Source: a virus | IMG/VR virus record: IMGVR_UViG_3300045741_000389 | Location: 4,802 to 68,801 of that record | Length of the DNA stretch: 64,000 nt | Reading direction: 5' to 3' (one strand) | Shown here: in pieces, positions 43,098 to 53,918 of the stretch | How the letters are laid out: every line of letters begins with the position of its first letter | Position numbering within the stretch: the stretch's first letter is position 1 | Notes under the pieces: model-generated | What the model was told of the DNA's origin: nothing | The model's input: only the letters and a program-made list of their open reading frames with translations | The model's database searches: none | Translations under genes and position numbers: made by a program

Positions 43098-46010
43098 ATG
43101 GGCATGGGCAACAGCGGCGCGAGCCGCCTCAATCAGCAGCTCGGTGACCAGGAGAGCGAAGAGCGCGAGCGCGCCATGCCGGCCGCGCTGCCGCTGGGCG
43201 ACGACGAGCCGATGCCACTGCCCGAGGTGACGGAGAACGACGACGGCTCCGCTTCGGCACTGCTGCCGCCCGACGCAGCGCTGGATGTACAAGAGCAGGA
43301 CGACGGCTCCGCCGTGATCAAGGATGCGGACGACGACGCGCCGAACGATCCCAACGTCAAGTTCGACGAAAACCTGGCCAAGAAGGTCGACAAAGCGATT
43401 CTGACGCGCATCGCGCGGGATCTGCTCGAGTCCATCGAACGCGACAAGGACTCACGCAAGAAGCGCGACGAGCAGTACGCCGAGGGCATCAAGCGCACGG
43501 GCCTGGGCAACGACGCGCCCGGCGGCGCGAGCTTCGACGGCGCCAGCAAGGTGGTGCACCCTGCGCTGGTCGAAGGTTGCGTGGACTTCGCCGCGAGGGC
43601 GATGAAGGAGCTGTTCCCCGCCAGCGGCCCGGTCAAGAGTCACATTGTCGGCGAATCTACCAAGGCCAAGCTGCGCAAGGCGGACCGCAAGGCCAGCTAC
43701 ATGAACTGGCAGTGCACGACTCAGATCCGCGAGTACCGACGCGAGCTGGAAGTGCTGCTGACGCAACTGCCGCTGGGTGGTGGGCAGTACCTGAAGTTCT
43801 GGTACGACAGCCGGTGGGAGCGCATTCGCACTGAGTTCGTCGCAATCGACCACCTGCTGCTACCCTTCGAGGCCACCAGCCTCGACACAGCCGAGCGCAT
43901 CACGCACGTGCAGCTGCTGACGCGCCAGATTTTTCAGGAGCGCATCGACAGCGATGTGTACGTCGAGCCGAAGTCGATGGTCGACCCTTCGCTGCGCCCG
44001 GATGCCACCAAGTCCTCACAGGCGGCGGCAGTCGTCGAAGGCGCCGAGGACATGGGGTTCAACGAGGACGGACAGCGCACGGTGTACGAAACGCTGGTGC
44101 AGCTCGACCTGGAAGGTGAGGACAAGCTCGCCAAGGAACGCACCGCTCCCTACGTCGTGGCCATCGACGAGGTCACGCAGGAAGTGATGGCGCTCTACCG
44201 CAACTGGGACGAGAAGGACCAGGACCGGATGGAGGCGCTGCCCTGGTTCGTCGAGTTCCCGTTCATCCCCTGGCGTGGCGCCTATCCGATTGGCCTCACC
44301 CACTTGATTGGTGGTCTGGCCGCCGCCTCCACCGGCGCGCTGCGGGCGCTGCTGGACGCCGCCCTGATCAACAACATGCCGGGCGCGGTGAAGCTCAAGG
44401 CGGCGGGCAGCCGCAACGCCGGGCAGGACATTCCCATCGAGCCTACCAACGTCACCGAGCTGGAGGCGGGGCCAGGCATCGACGACATTCGCAAGCTCGT
44501 GATGCCTATCCCGTTCAACCCGCCCAGCGCGGTGTTGTTTCAACTGCTGGAGTGGGTGACACAGCAGGCCAAGGGAGTGGTGGCGACGGCCGAAGAGCGC
44601 ATTGCGGACGCTTCCAACAACATGCCGGTGGGCACGGCGTTGGCGCTCATCGAGCAGGGCAGCATCACCTTCAGTGCCATTCACGGCCGGCTGCACCATG
44701 CGCAGAAGCAGGCCCTGTCGATCATCCACCGACTGGACGCCAAGCACCTGCAGGACCAAGAGGTGGTGGAAGAGCTGGGCGGGTTGGAGGTCAGCCGCGC
44801 AGACTTCCAGGGGCCGATGGATATCGAGCCCGTCAGCGACCCCAACATCTTCAGCGACGCGCAGCGCTACGCGCAGATCCAGGCGGCAGTGCAGCTCGCT
44901 TCTTCTCCGCTGTTCGCCCCGCTGTTCAAACCGCCCGAGCTGGCCAAGCGCGCGTTGCAGCTGCTCAAGCTGCCGTCCTACCAGGATGTGCTCGCGGTGC
45001 CGGCGGACCCAGAAGAGCTGGACCCCATCGGTGAGAACGTCGCCGCCACCGATCCGCAGAAAAGCCTCAAGTCGTTCGACGGACAGGACCACCTCGCCCA
45101 CCTGAAGGTGCACCTGTCCTTCATGACCAGCCCTATCTTCTGCGCCAACCCGCTGATGGCACAGCCGGCGCTGGGCGTGCTGCTCAACCACTGCAAGGAG
45201 CACCTGATTCAGCTCTACGCCGAGCACAGCAGCGCGGCGGCGAAGGCGCAGATGGTGGTGCACAAGATGAGCGGGTCAATCGAAGGTGCCGAGGTGGACG
45301 GCGTGGCGCTGGCGGAGCAGCAGCTTGCGCAGATGATCGGGCCGTTGATGCCGATGCTCCAGCAGGCCCAGCAGCTCGCGCAGCAATTCGCGCCCAAGCC
45401 GCAGGGCGATCCGACCAAGATGGCCGAGGCGCAGATCGAAGCGCAGGCCAAGCAGCAGTCGGACGCGATGAAGGCGCAGCTCGAACAGGCCAAGCTGTCT
45501 CAGCAGGCGCAGAGCGATCAGGCCGACCGGCAGCTCGAGCAGGTGAAGCTGCAACTGGATACGCAGGCGGCGCAGATGGCCGACGCGCTGTCGCGCTGGG
45601 ACACGCAGATGGAGATGATGACCAGCCGAGCCAACGCGGCCACTGCGGCGCAAGAAGGCGAGGCGCAGCGTCAACTCCAGCTCGTGCTGCAGCAGCAGAA
45701 GGAAGACAGCGCACAGGCACTGGCCGAGTACAACGGCAAACTCCAGGTGCTGCTCGAGCAGATCAAGCAAGGCAACGAAGATGCACGAGCTGCACGAGAA
45801 GAAGAACGCGCGGAACGTGAAACGGCGCGCGAGCAGAAGGCTTCGCAGGCCGACACGGTTGCACCGCTGCTGGAGCGGCACGGACAGACGATGGATCAAC
45901 TGTCCAAGACGATGGATGCGCTAGCCAAGCACATCACCACTCCGAAACAACCACGCAAGCTGCGCGTCGTGCGCAACGCTGACGGCTCACTAGAAGGGCA
46001 TGCGGAATGA
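43098..46010 (+). CDS. Portal protein with long Gln/Ala-rich C-terminal barrel
   Basis: F.GAS.VVHP.L.E, ELFPASGPVK, Y.IGL.HLIGGL..A.TGALRALLD, PVGT.LALIEQG, PVSDPNIFS; P22-like coiled tail. Confidence 0.88.
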   Translation: MGMGNSGASRLNQQLGDQESEERERAMPAALPLGDDEPMPLPEVTENDDGSASALLPPDAALDVQEQDDGSAVIKDADDDAPNDPNVKFDENLAKKVDKAILTRIARDLLESIERDKDSRKKRDEQYAEGIKRTGLGNDAPGGASFDGASKVVHPALVEGCVDFAARAMKELFPASGPVKSHIVGESTKAKLRKADRKASYMNWQCTTQIREYRRELEVLLTQLPLGGGQYLKFWYDSRWERIRTEFVAIDHLLLPFEATSLDTAERITHVQLLTRQIFQERIDSDVYVEPKSMVDPSLRPDATKSSQAAAVVEGAEDMGFNEDGQRTVYETLVQLDLEGEDKLAKERTAPYVVAIDEVTQEVMALYRNWDEKDQDRMEALPWFVEFPFIPWRGAYPIGLTHLIGGLAAASTGALRALLDAALINNMPGAVKLKAAGSRNAGQDIPIEPTNVTELEAGPGIDDIRKLVMPIPFNPPSAVLFQLLEWVTQQAKGVVATAEERIADASNNMPVGTALALIEQGSITFSAIHGRLHHAQKQALSIIHRLDAKHLQDQEVVEELGGLEVSRADFQGPMDIEPVSDPNIFSDAQRYAQIQAAVQLASSPLFAPLFKPPELAKRALQLLKLPSYQDVLAVPADPEELDPIGENVAATDPQKSLKSFDGQDHLAHLKVHLSFMTSPIFCANPLMAQPALGVLLNHCKEHLIQLYAEHSSAAAKAQMVVHKMSGSIEGAEVDGVALAEQQLAQMIGPLMPMLQQAQQLAQQFAPKPQGDPTKMAEAQIEAQAKQQSDAMKAQLEQAKLSQQAQSDQADRQLEQVKLQLDTQAAQMADALSRWDTQMEMMTSRANAATAAQEGEAQRQLQLVLQQQKEDSAQALAEYNGKLQVLLEQIKQGNEDARAAREEERAERETAREQKASQADTVAPLLERHGQTMDQLSKTMDALAKHITTPKQPRKLRVVRNADGSLEGHAE

Positions 46011-46360
46011 GCGACAACACCGTACTCCCGCCTGGTGGTGGCGGGGACACCGTTCGTACCGTCGATCGCGGCGGCGTCAAGACTCAGGTCGTGGCGCTGG
46101 ATGTCGGCGGGGAGTCCGGCCCGGAAAATCTCGGCACCCAGGCGCTACCGGTCGATGAGCGCCAGCTGGCGTTGCGGTTCGACAACAGCGCTTCCCCTGT
46201 GCTTTACTACGGCGAGGCTGCGCCAGGCAGTCTGACCTCAGCGGCTGCGTGGCGCATCCAGCGAATCGACACCACCACGGGGGTGGTCGTGGCCTGGGCG
46301 GGCGGCGCGGCAACCTTCACCCAGGTGTGGGACAACCGGGCCGCGCTGGCCTACAGCTGA
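46007..46360 (+). CDS. Small virion protein
   Basis: YYGEAAPGS.TS.A.WRIQRI..WDNRA.L.YS motif seen next to phage fibre genes. Confidence 0.65.
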   Translation: MSDNTVLPPGGGGDTVRTVDRGGVKTQVVALDVGGESGPENLGTQALPVDERQLALRFDNSASPVLYYGEAAPGSLTSAAAWRIQRIDTTTGVVVAWAGGAATFTQVWDNRAALAYS

Positions 46361-46370
46361 AGGATCGTCT

Positions 46371-49300
46371 ATGAGCGGTCTCGCTCTCGTCACACTGCTC
46401 AACTCGCTGGTCATCCTGACCGGTGGCCCGGCCATCAGCGCCGGCACGCAGTCGCAGGTCACCGGTACGGTGGTGTTCAGCAACTCGAACGGAGTCACGT
46501 TCGGGCTCAGCAACGGCACCCTGACGGCTTCGGTCGCGGGTGGCGGCGGCAGCCCCTTCACGGCCGGGGTCAGCACCGGCGGCAACACGCTGGGCAACAC
46601 CGGTACGGTGAGCAACCGGCTGGTGCTGGCTGGCAGCAACAACATCACGCTGAGCCAGTCGACCGACGCCAACGGCGCGACGGTCGTGATCAGCGGTGCC
46701 AACACGGCCGCCCAGTCGGTCCAGACCCAGAACATGGTCTCGGTGCAGGGCAGCACCGGGAACATCAGTTTCGCCAATTCGAACGGAATCACGTTCGGCG
46801 GCAACAACTCGACCGTCACGGCGAGCTACACGGTTCCCAACACGGCAGGGTTGATCAGCGCGCTGCGGGTGAGCGCAGGCACGACGAGTGGCGACCAGAC
46901 CGGGCTGACGTTCGCCAACTCGAACGGCGTGACCTTCGGGCTCAACGCCGGTACGCTCACCGCCAGCTATACGGTACCCACGCAGACCGTGCAGCCGGTG
47001 GCCGCCAGCGGGTCGAACGGCTCGTTCAACTTCTCGACTCTTAGCTTCGGCGCCAGCAACGGCGCGAGCTTCTACTCGACCAACGGGTCGATGGTGGTCA
47101 GCTACACCGTGCCCAACGTGCCGGCGCAGACCGTGCAGACGCTGGGCGCCTACGCGGTTGGCAACACGACCGGGCAGAGCAGTTCGACGACGTTCGATGC
47201 CCGCACGCTCAGCATCCAAGGCGCGGGCGCAGCTTCGGTGGGGTACAGCAACGGATCGCTGATCATCAGCGCACCCAACGCTGCTGCCGGCAACGTGACC
47301 ATCAGCGCCGGCACGGCCAGCGCCGGCCTGGCCTCGCTCGTCTTCAGCAACAGCAACGGCGTCAGCTTCGGCCTCAACGGCAGCACCATCACCGCCAGCG
47401 CGGTGGGTGTGGGCGATGGTGGCAACGTCATCGCGGCCGGTACGCAGACCGCCACCAGCCTGGGCACAGTCAAGTTCGCTGATTCCAACGGCATCAGCTT
47501 CGGGCTGTCGGGGTCGACCCAGCTGACCGCGAGCTACACGGTACCGAGCACGGCTGGGCTGCTGAGCGCGGTGAACATCAGTGCCGGCACCACCAGCCAG
47601 AATCTCTCGGCGCTGACACTGAGCAACTCGAATGGCATCAGCTTCGGGCTGAACGGCAGCGTCGTCACGGCCAGCTACACGGTGCCGACGCAGTCCACTC
47701 AGCCGGTGGCGGTCAGCGGGTCGAACGGCTCGTTCGCCTTCTCGACCCTGAGTCTGGGCGGCAGCAACGGCGCGAGTTTCTACACCACGAACGGCTCGGT
47801 GGTGGTGAGCTACACGGTGCCGTCGACGGCCGGGCTGCTGAGCGCGATCAACCTCAGTGCAGGTACCACCAGCCAGAATCTCTCGGCGTTCACGCTCAGC
47901 AATTCGAACGGCATCAGCTTCGGCCTCAACGGCAGCGTCGTCACGGCGAGCTACACCGTACCAACACAGACCGTCCAGACCCAGAATGTGGTAGTGCCGT
48001 CTGCTGGCACTCAGACGGCCACCAGTGGCACGGCGGTGTTCAGCAATTCGAACGGCATCTCGTTCGGGATGAGCAACAGCAGCGTCATCACCGCTAGCTA
48101 CACCGTGCCGTCAACGGCCGGGCTGCTCAGCGCGGTGAACCTGAGCGCGGGCACCACCAGCCAGAACCTGAGCCAGTTCGTCTTCAGCAACAGCAACGGC
48201 ATCAGCTTCGGCCTCAACGGGTCAACCGTCACGGCAAGCTACACGGTGCCGACGCAGACGGCCCAGACCCTGGGCCTGTACGCCTCGAGCCAGACGACCG
48301 GGCAGAGCAGCTCGAGCACGGTCGATGCGCGCTCGTTCTCGATCGTGGGCCAGGGCAACATCTCGGTCGGCCTGTCGGCTGGCAGCTTCATCATCAGCCA
48401 GACCGGCGGCGCAGGCGGTGGTGCCGCCATCAGCGCGGGCGCGAACAGCCAGAACACCGGCACGGTCAACTTCGCCAACAGCAACGGCGTCACCTTCGGG
48501 TTGAGCAACAACGGGACGATGACGGCCAGCGTGGCTTCGCAGTCCAATCAGACCGAGGGGCTGTACGCGCTGGGCAACACCACTGGTGCTAGCTCAAGCA
48601 GCACGGTCGACGCCCGCTCGGTGTCGTGGCAGTTCACCGGCGGCATTTCCGGTGGGTGGTCGAACGGTTCGATGCAGATCAGCGGGCCGTCCCTGACGAG
48701 CTTGAGCGTGACCGGCGCGCTGTCGGCCAGCTCGAACGGCAGCACGATCAGCCTGGGTGTGGGTACCGTGACGGTATCGGCGACTAGCAATACCACCCAG
48801 GCCAGTTCCGGTACGGTCAACCTGAATGGGTTGATCTTCCAAGGAGCGGGCGCGGCTTCGGTCGGCGTCTCGAATGGATCGATCGTGATCAGCGCGCCCA
48901 ACGCTGGTGCGGGCAACATCACGATCAGCGCGGGTGCCAACTCGTCTGGGCTGGCGTCGGTCATTTTCTCGAACAGCAACGGCGTCAGCTTCGGCCTCGG
49001 CGCAGGCTCGGTCATCACGGCGTCTGTCGTCGGTGGAGGTGGTATCGGAGCTGGCTTGTCCACGATGGGCAACACTGCTGGCACCACCGGCATGGTTACG
49101 ACCGGCAATGTGGTGTTTGTGGGTTCTGGGCCAATCAGCCTGAGTCAATCGAGCAGTGGGTCAAACGCGACCATCAGCTTCAATGCGCCGGCGACCTCGA
49201 GCCTGTCAGCCACGGGCAACGCTTCTATCTCGACGAACGGCAGCACGATCAGCCTCGGGGCCAACGCGGCGGCGGTCAGCATCAGCGGGAACAGTACCAG

Positions 49301-50273
49301 CGCGGGCGGCGGCTACAGCAACGTCAGCAGTGGTACGGTGGTGCTGGCAGGCTCAAACAACATCACCCTGAGCCAGAACGGTGCTTCGATCAGTATATTG
49401 GGCGCGGTGGGGAGCGGTACGGCCATCACCGGTAACGCATCCATCACGCTGAATTCGGCAGGGCTCTCGTTTAACGGCTCCGGTCTGGCAGGTACAAACA
49501 CGGCCAAGACCGGCGGCGCTGCGTTCACCCTGAACAGCTCCGGTTTGTCGTTCAACGGGTCGTCGCTGGCTGGCACAGGAACCAGCGTGGCGTCGGCCAC
49601 CGGACAATACTCTCTGGTCTTGAACAGCACCGGACTGACACTCTCAGTTCCGTACATGACGCGCGCCATCTGGCCGCAGGGCAACAACTTCACGGCAATC
49701 ACGGCGCCAACGCTTGCTTCGGCCTCGTTCCGCTACATCGAAGTGATGGCGCCTCTCACGGCGACACGGCTCGATGCGCTGGTTTCCATGTCGTTCAGCA
49801 CCTCGGGTGGTGCGGGGACGCAGACCTACCAGTTCAGCCAGTACGCGGTGATCTATACCCGCAACGGCGCGTCGCTGTCTTCTCTTTCTAGCGGATCCAC
49901 GCAGACCACCTACACGCTAGCGTCGAACAGCGCCGGCCAGACCCAGCTCACGCAAGCGGCCGTCCGGCCGGTGTCGGTGCCGGTCAACGTGAACATGGCG
50001 CCGGGCGAGTATTACGTGGGCTTCAACATCGTCACAGCGAACACGGCTGGCTCGGCGACCTTCTCCATGATGGGCGGTAACGACCTCCAGACCGCAGCGA
50101 ACTATGCTGAGTTCTCGGCGCAGACAAACAACTCGACAAACCTTTGGGGGGCGTGGGGTGTGTACAACGCCGCAAGTACCGGCCTGCCGGCGAGCGTTTC
50201 CGTTGCGAGCATCAACCAGACGGGGACCGGGCTGGGCGCAGCGAACATCGCCATCGTTCTTAGGAACGCCTGA
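46371..50273 (+). CDS. Giant Ser/Thr/Gly/Asn-rich repetitive fibre-like protein
   Basis: 1300 aa, more than 10 repeats of SAGT..FSNSNG(I/V)(S/T)FGLNGS.VTASYTVP; very few charged residues. Confidence 0.8.
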   Translation: MSGLALVTLLNSLVILTGGPAISAGTQSQVTGTVVFSNSNGVTFGLSNGTLTASVAGGGGSPFTAGVSTGGNTLGNTGTVSNRLVLAGSNNITLSQSTDANGATVVISGANTAAQSVQTQNMVSVQGSTGNISFANSNGITFGGNNSTVTASYTVPNTAGLISALRVSAGTTSGDQTGLTFANSNGVTFGLNAGTLTASYTVPTQTVQPVAASGSNGSFNFSTLSFGASNGASFYSTNGSMVVSYTVPNVPAQTVQTLGAYAVGNTTGQSSSTTFDARTLSIQGAGAASVGYSNGSLIISAPNAAAGNVTISAGTASAGLASLVFSNSNGVSFGLNGSTITASAVGVGDGGNVIAAGTQTATSLGTVKFADSNGISFGLSGSTQLTASYTVPSTAGLLSAVNISAGTTSQNLSALTLSNSNGISFGLNGSVVTASYTVPTQSTQPVAVSGSNGSFAFSTLSLGGSNGASFYTTNGSVVVSYTVPSTAGLLSAINLSAGTTSQNLSAFTLSNSNGISFGLNGSVVTASYTVPTQTVQTQNVVVPSAGTQTATSGTAVFSNSNGISFGMSNSSVITASYTVPSTAGLLSAVNLSAGTTSQNLSQFVFSNSNGISFGLNGSTVTASYTVPTQTAQTLGLYASSQTTGQSSSSTVDARSFSIVGQGNISVGLSAGSFIISQTGGAGGGAAISAGANSQNTGTVNFANSNGVTFGLSNNGTMTASVASQSNQTEGLYALGNTTGASSSSTVDARSVSWQFTGGISGGWSNGSMQISGPSLTSLSVTGALSASSNGSTISLGVGTVTVSATSNTTQASSGTVNLNGLIFQGAGAASVGVSNGSIVISAPNAGAGNITISAGANSSGLASVIFSNSNGVSFGLGAGSVITASVVGGGGIGAGLSTMGNTAGTTGMVTTGNVVFVGSGPISLSQSSSGSNATISFNAPATSSLSATGNASISTNGSTISLGANAAAVSISGNSTSAGGGYSNVSSGTVVLAGSNNITLSQNGASISILGAVGSGTAITGNASITLNSAGLSFNGSGLAGTNTAKTGGAAFTLNSSGLSFNGSSLAGTGTSVASATGQYSLVLNSTGLTLSVPYMTRAIWPQGNNFTAITAPTLASASFRYIEVMAPLTATRLDALVSMSFSTSGGAGTQTYQFSQYAVIYTRNGASLSSLSSGSTQTTYTLASNSAGQTQLTQAAVRPVSVPVNVNMAPGEYYVGFNIVTANTAGSATFSMMGGNDLQTAANYAEFSAQTNNSTNLWGAWGVYNAASTGLPASVSVASINQTGTGLGAANIAIVLRNA

Positions 50274-51406
50274 TGGCATACAATCTTGGTTGGCTTTCAA
50301 ACTCACCGATTCCGGCTTGGATCGGGCCTGTCAATCAGTGGACGGGCATCAACAGTAGTTCGCTTACTGGCAGCGGCGTCGGCTGGTCCGGGACCGCTCC
50401 TGGCGGAACAGGCAACTACGCTGAGGTCATCGACTCGTGGGGCGATATGATCGTCAACACGAAGGGCCTCTACATCGGTGCCAACTTCGTGAGCGGCGTC
50501 TTCTTGGTTGTCCATGGCGGCGGGCACGGAAACTATGCGGGCGATGAGGTGTACGCCTTTGGCCCTCTGGACGGTAACTCGCCAAGTTGGTCGCGTCTGC
50601 GTGATCCTGCAATTCCAGCGCCGTCCGGTGTTGGCGAGGACGGGTCAGGAAACCCGGTCTCGACGCACACCTACCAGTCGATGGTGTACATCGGCAACGG
50701 CGCAAACAACGGAATGCTGCGTATTGGCGGGGCCGCCACCTACCCGAGCGCGGGCTCGACTCTGCTGTCGCATTACTACGACTTCACCGTCGCCAGCCCA
50801 AACACGAATCAGCCTTGGAGCAAAAAAGCCGATGCTCTTGGCCCTGCCGATGTTTGCGCACTTGATCCGGTCAACAACAATATCTGGAGCCACTCGCACA
50901 ACCTGGGCGGCAACGGCAACAACGTCCAGTTCTACAGCGTCGGGAGCAACACATACGACAGCGTTGGCTTCAAGAGCCCAAGCTTCGGTTCGCTGACGGC
51001 TTCAAGCGCTATTGACTACACGCGCAACGTGTGGGCCATCTATGGCGACAGCGGGTTGAACTTCCTCACCACGCAGGCGAGTTTCTCGGGCTTTTCGGCC
51101 GACTACACGACGCCAACGGTGAGTGGCACGGCGCCCAACTCGGGAGGTCGCAAGGGCATTTTGTATGACCCTGTGGACGATCAATTCGTCGTGTGGGACG
51201 ACGGCGGCAAGAAGCTGTGGTTTTTGAAAAACACGGCTGGCTCATGGGCTTGGACAAACACGACGCCAGCGAGCGGTGCGATACCCGGTGCGGCCGCTGC
51301 GTCTGGAATTTTCGGGAAATTCCGCTACGCTGTGATAGGCGGCGCTCGCGGTTATCTCTTGCTTCCGTCTTCCGGCTCTAACGTCTTCTTCTACAGGGCT
51401 GGGTAA
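50273..51406 (+). CDS. Beta-propeller-like protein
   Basis: GGGHGNYAGDEVY, PVSTHTYQ motif, repeated beta strands. Confidence 0.6.
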   Translation: MAYNLGWLSNSPIPAWIGPVNQWTGINSSSLTGSGVGWSGTAPGGTGNYAEVIDSWGDMIVNTKGLYIGANFVSGVFLVVHGGGHGNYAGDEVYAFGPLDGNSPSWSRLRDPAIPAPSGVGEDGSGNPVSTHTYQSMVYIGNGANNGMLRIGGAATYPSAGSTLLSHYYDFTVASPNTNQPWSKKADALGPADVCALDPVNNNIWSHSHNLGGNGNNVQFYSVGSNTYDSVGFKSPSFGSLTASSAIDYTRNVWAIYGDSGLNFLTTQASFSGFSADYTTPTVSGTAPNSGGRKGILYDPVDDQFVVWDDGGKKLWFLKNTAGSWAWTNTTPASGAIPGAAAASGIFGKFRYAVIGGARGYLLLPSSGSNVFFYRAG

Positions 51407-52074
51407 TGGCAATTACTCAGGACGGCAGTCAGGCGCAGGGCACAACCAGCGTAACGCGCACGTTCACGGCTGGCGCGCTTGGCGTTCTGCATTGCAAGTG
51501 GGAAGGCGGCGCGACACCTTCGACCAGTTTCAGCGACGGCACGAATACGTGGACGCGCCTGGGATTCGCCAACAGCACGCAAAGCGGAAGCCAGCCGGGT
51601 AACGCGATCTTTTACTGCCTGTCGATGACGTCAGGCTCTAGAACGATTACTCCGACGTTTTCCGCTGGTACGCCGACGTTTCAGCGCACCGAGTGCGAGT
51701 CGTTCATATCCGGCACCGGATCATGGGTAACTGATCTAGGCTTTGTATCGTCCGAAGATAACGGCGGCGGCGGAGGCGGGCACACCTATACCATGGCGGC
51801 CAATACCGTCGCGGCGAACAGCGTCTCAGTCTTTTGCGTCTCTGAGTTCAACTCGCTTGCAACACTGACAAGCACGGGCGGTTCTCCGGCTTTCACGGTC
51901 ACGGCGGGTATCAACGCTGACAGCTTCATGGTGTGGCTTATCTCGGCCACATCCCAGTCGGTCACCCCGGGCGCAACGGTTGCAAGCGGGTGGACTCGCG
52001 CCGTAGAATCTTCAGCATCATTCAAAGAAGATACAGGCATTTCAAACAATCAACTGGCCTGGATCAAGGCATGA
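51406..52074 (+). CDS. Ser/Thr-rich virion-associated beta protein
   Basis: 222 aa, coupled to both neighbours. Confidence 0.6.
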   Translation: MAITQDGSQAQGTTSVTRTFTAGALGVLHCKWEGGATPSTSFSDGTNTWTRLGFANSTQSGSQPGNAIFYCLSMTSGSRTITPTFSAGTPTFQRTECESFISGTGSWVTDLGFVSSEDNGGGGGGHTYTMAANTVAANSVSVFCVSEFNSLATLTSTGGSPAFTVTAGINADSFMVWLISATSQSVTPGATVASGWTRAVESSASFKEDTGISNNQLAWIKA

Positions 52075-52796
52075 AACCTCAGCTCTTCTCCCCCTCCGTG
52101 GCGGGGTACCACAACGACCACATCGAAGAGACGCAAATCCGCCTGATGAAAGGTGGCAGCTGGAAGATGCAGCGCGTCGTGGTGGTGATCCCAGCCGGCG
52201 CCACCATCCCTTCGAAAGCGTATCTGACGCACCGCTCACTCTACTTTCCGCCCAACCAGCCCAGCCACTGGGTGCTGGCGCAGGGTTACGAGGTTGGCGA
52301 GGCGTACTCCAATGCACTCGAGGCGATCCTCGCAGAGCCGACGCTGACCGAGTGGGAGTACCTGCTCACCATTGAGCACGACAACCTGCCGCCGGCCGAC
52401 GGCGTGGTCAAGCTGATCACACAGATGGAAGCGCACCCGGAGTTCGCCTGCATCGGTGGGCTCTACTTCACCAAGGGTGAGGGCGGTGTGGCGCAGATCT
52501 GGGGCGATCCCAAGGACCCCAACCTCAACTTCCGCCCGCAGGTGCCTGACATCAACGGCGGCCTGGTCGAGTGCTGCGGTACTGGCATGGGGTTCAACCT
52601 CTGGCGACTCAGCATGTTCAAGGATCCCAAGCTGCGCCGGCCCTGGTTCAAGACGCTGAACGGCGCCGAGGGCACGGGCATCGGCACCCAGGACCTGTAC
52701 TTCTGGGGTGACGCCCGCAAGTACGGCTACCGTTGCGCGATCGACTGCTCGGTTAAGGTCGGGCACTATGACGTCAAAGAAGACCTCGTCTGGTAA
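52071..52796 (+). CDS. GT-A fold glycosyltransferase-like protein
   Basis: YLLTIEHDNL (DxD variant), IGGLYF.K, GTGMGF.L..MF, QDLYF..ARKYGY..DCSVKVGH. Confidence 0.72.
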   Translation: MKPQLFSPSVAGYHNDHIEETQIRLMKGGSWKMQRVVVVIPAGATIPSKAYLTHRSLYFPPNQPSHWVLAQGYEVGEAYSNALEAILAEPTLTEWEYLLTIEHDNLPPADGVVKLITQMEAHPEFACIGGLYFTKGEGGVAQIWGDPKDPNLNFRPQVPDINGGLVECCGTGMGFNLWRLSMFKDPKLRRPWFKTLNGAEGTGIGTQDLYFWGDARKYGYRCAIDCSVKVGHYDVKEDLVW

Positions 52797-52814
52797 GACA
52801 AAGAAAGGGCAACC

Positions 52815-53438
52815 GTGAAGCTCGACATCGGGTGTGGGAAGAACAAGAAGGCCGGCTTCGTCGGCATCGATCAGTACGCCATGGACGGCGTCGATGGGGT
52901 GTGTGATCTGGGAGGTGCGCGCTGGATTTTTCGAGATGTTGCTGGGTTGCCGGCGGATTGTCTCGAACCTGAACATGAGCCATTCGCAGGCTACCAAGGG
53001 TTGATGCTCAAGGACAACGTCGTCGAAGAAGTGCACTGCTCGCACTTCTTGGAGCACCTGAGCGGCCTGCAGCGCGTCTATTTCTTCAACGAGTTGTACC
53101 GCATCATGAAGCCGGGTGCGAAGGGCTTGTTCATCATTCCGCACTGGGCCAGCAATCGCGCCTACGGCGATCCCACCCACGCCTGGCCGCCGGTGTCCGA
53201 GATGTCGTTCTACTACCTGAAACGGGAGTGGCGTCTGGACCAGGGCAACGCGCCACATACCGACGTCAAGTGGAACCCGAATGGCTTCTCGTGCGACTTC
53301 GAGGTGACCTGGGGCTACGCGCTGCACCCGCTCATCGCACCGCGTCACCCCGAAGCGCAGCAGTGGATGCTGCAGTTCTACAAGGAGGCGGCGCAAGACA
53401 CGCACGCCACCGTGACCAAGCTGCCGTTGCCGAAGTAG
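52815..53438 (+). CDS. Class I SAM-dependent methyltransferase
   Basis: KLDIGCG, SHFLEHL, ELYRIMKPG, DPTH. Confidence 0.88.
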   Translation: MKLDIGCGKNKKAGFVGIDQYAMDGVDGVCDLGGARWIFRDVAGLPADCLEPEHEPFAGYQGLMLKDNVVEEVHCSHFLEHLSGLQRVYFFNELYRIMKPGAKGLFIIPHWASNRAYGDPTHAWPPVSEMSFYYLKREWRLDQGNAPHTDVKWNPNGFSCDFEVTWGYALHPLIAPRHPEAQQWMLQFYKEAAQDTHATVTKLPLPK

Positions 53439-53444
53439 CTTTTC

Positions 53445-53909
53445 ATGGCCATCTCGTTGCTCCTGTACCGAGGCGGAGGCTCCGTGCAAACGGCGCACTC
53501 CGGCAACGTGCGCCTTTGGCTGATGGAGCTGTACGAGAAAGAGTTTGCTCAGGTTGAGCAGCGGCGTCGCGCGGAAGAACAAGGGTCTGCTCCTGCTGCA
53601 AAAGCTGCCGCTACTTCGAAGATCATAGCTCGAGAAGTGCGGCGTGAGATTCAACCGAAAATGCCGCCACCTGCCGTTGTCGAAGCTCGCAAAGAGCCCG
53701 CCCGGATTGTGGAGGTAAAGTCCGTTCCTTACGCAGCTCAGCGGCGGGCCGCAGCGGAGAAGCTGACCAAACAGATTCTGGCAGAGCTGGCGGCGCCGAA
53801 AGCGTTCCCGAAGATTCATGTTGTCGACTACGCGGCTGAACGTAAAGCCGCGTTCGAACGTGAGGAAGAAGAGCTCACTTTCCTCATGCTTTTGTCTGAG
53901 CTCGACTAG
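53445..53909 (+). CDS. Hypothetical protein
   Basis: 154 aa ending EEEELTFLMLL. Confidence 0.68.
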   Translation: MAISLLLYRGGGSVQTAHSGNVRLWLMELYEKEFAQVEQRRRAEEQGSAPAAKAAATSKIIAREVRREIQPKMPPPAVVEARKEPARIVEVKSVPYAAQRRAAAEKLTKQILAELAAPKAFPKIHVVDYAAERKAAFEREEEELTFLMLLSELD

Positions 53910-53918
53910 GAGAGCCAA

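Noticed and set aside
52815-53438. DNA methyltransferase
   Set aside because: It lacks DPPY/NPPY or PC motifs and resembles small-molecule/glycan methyltransferases.
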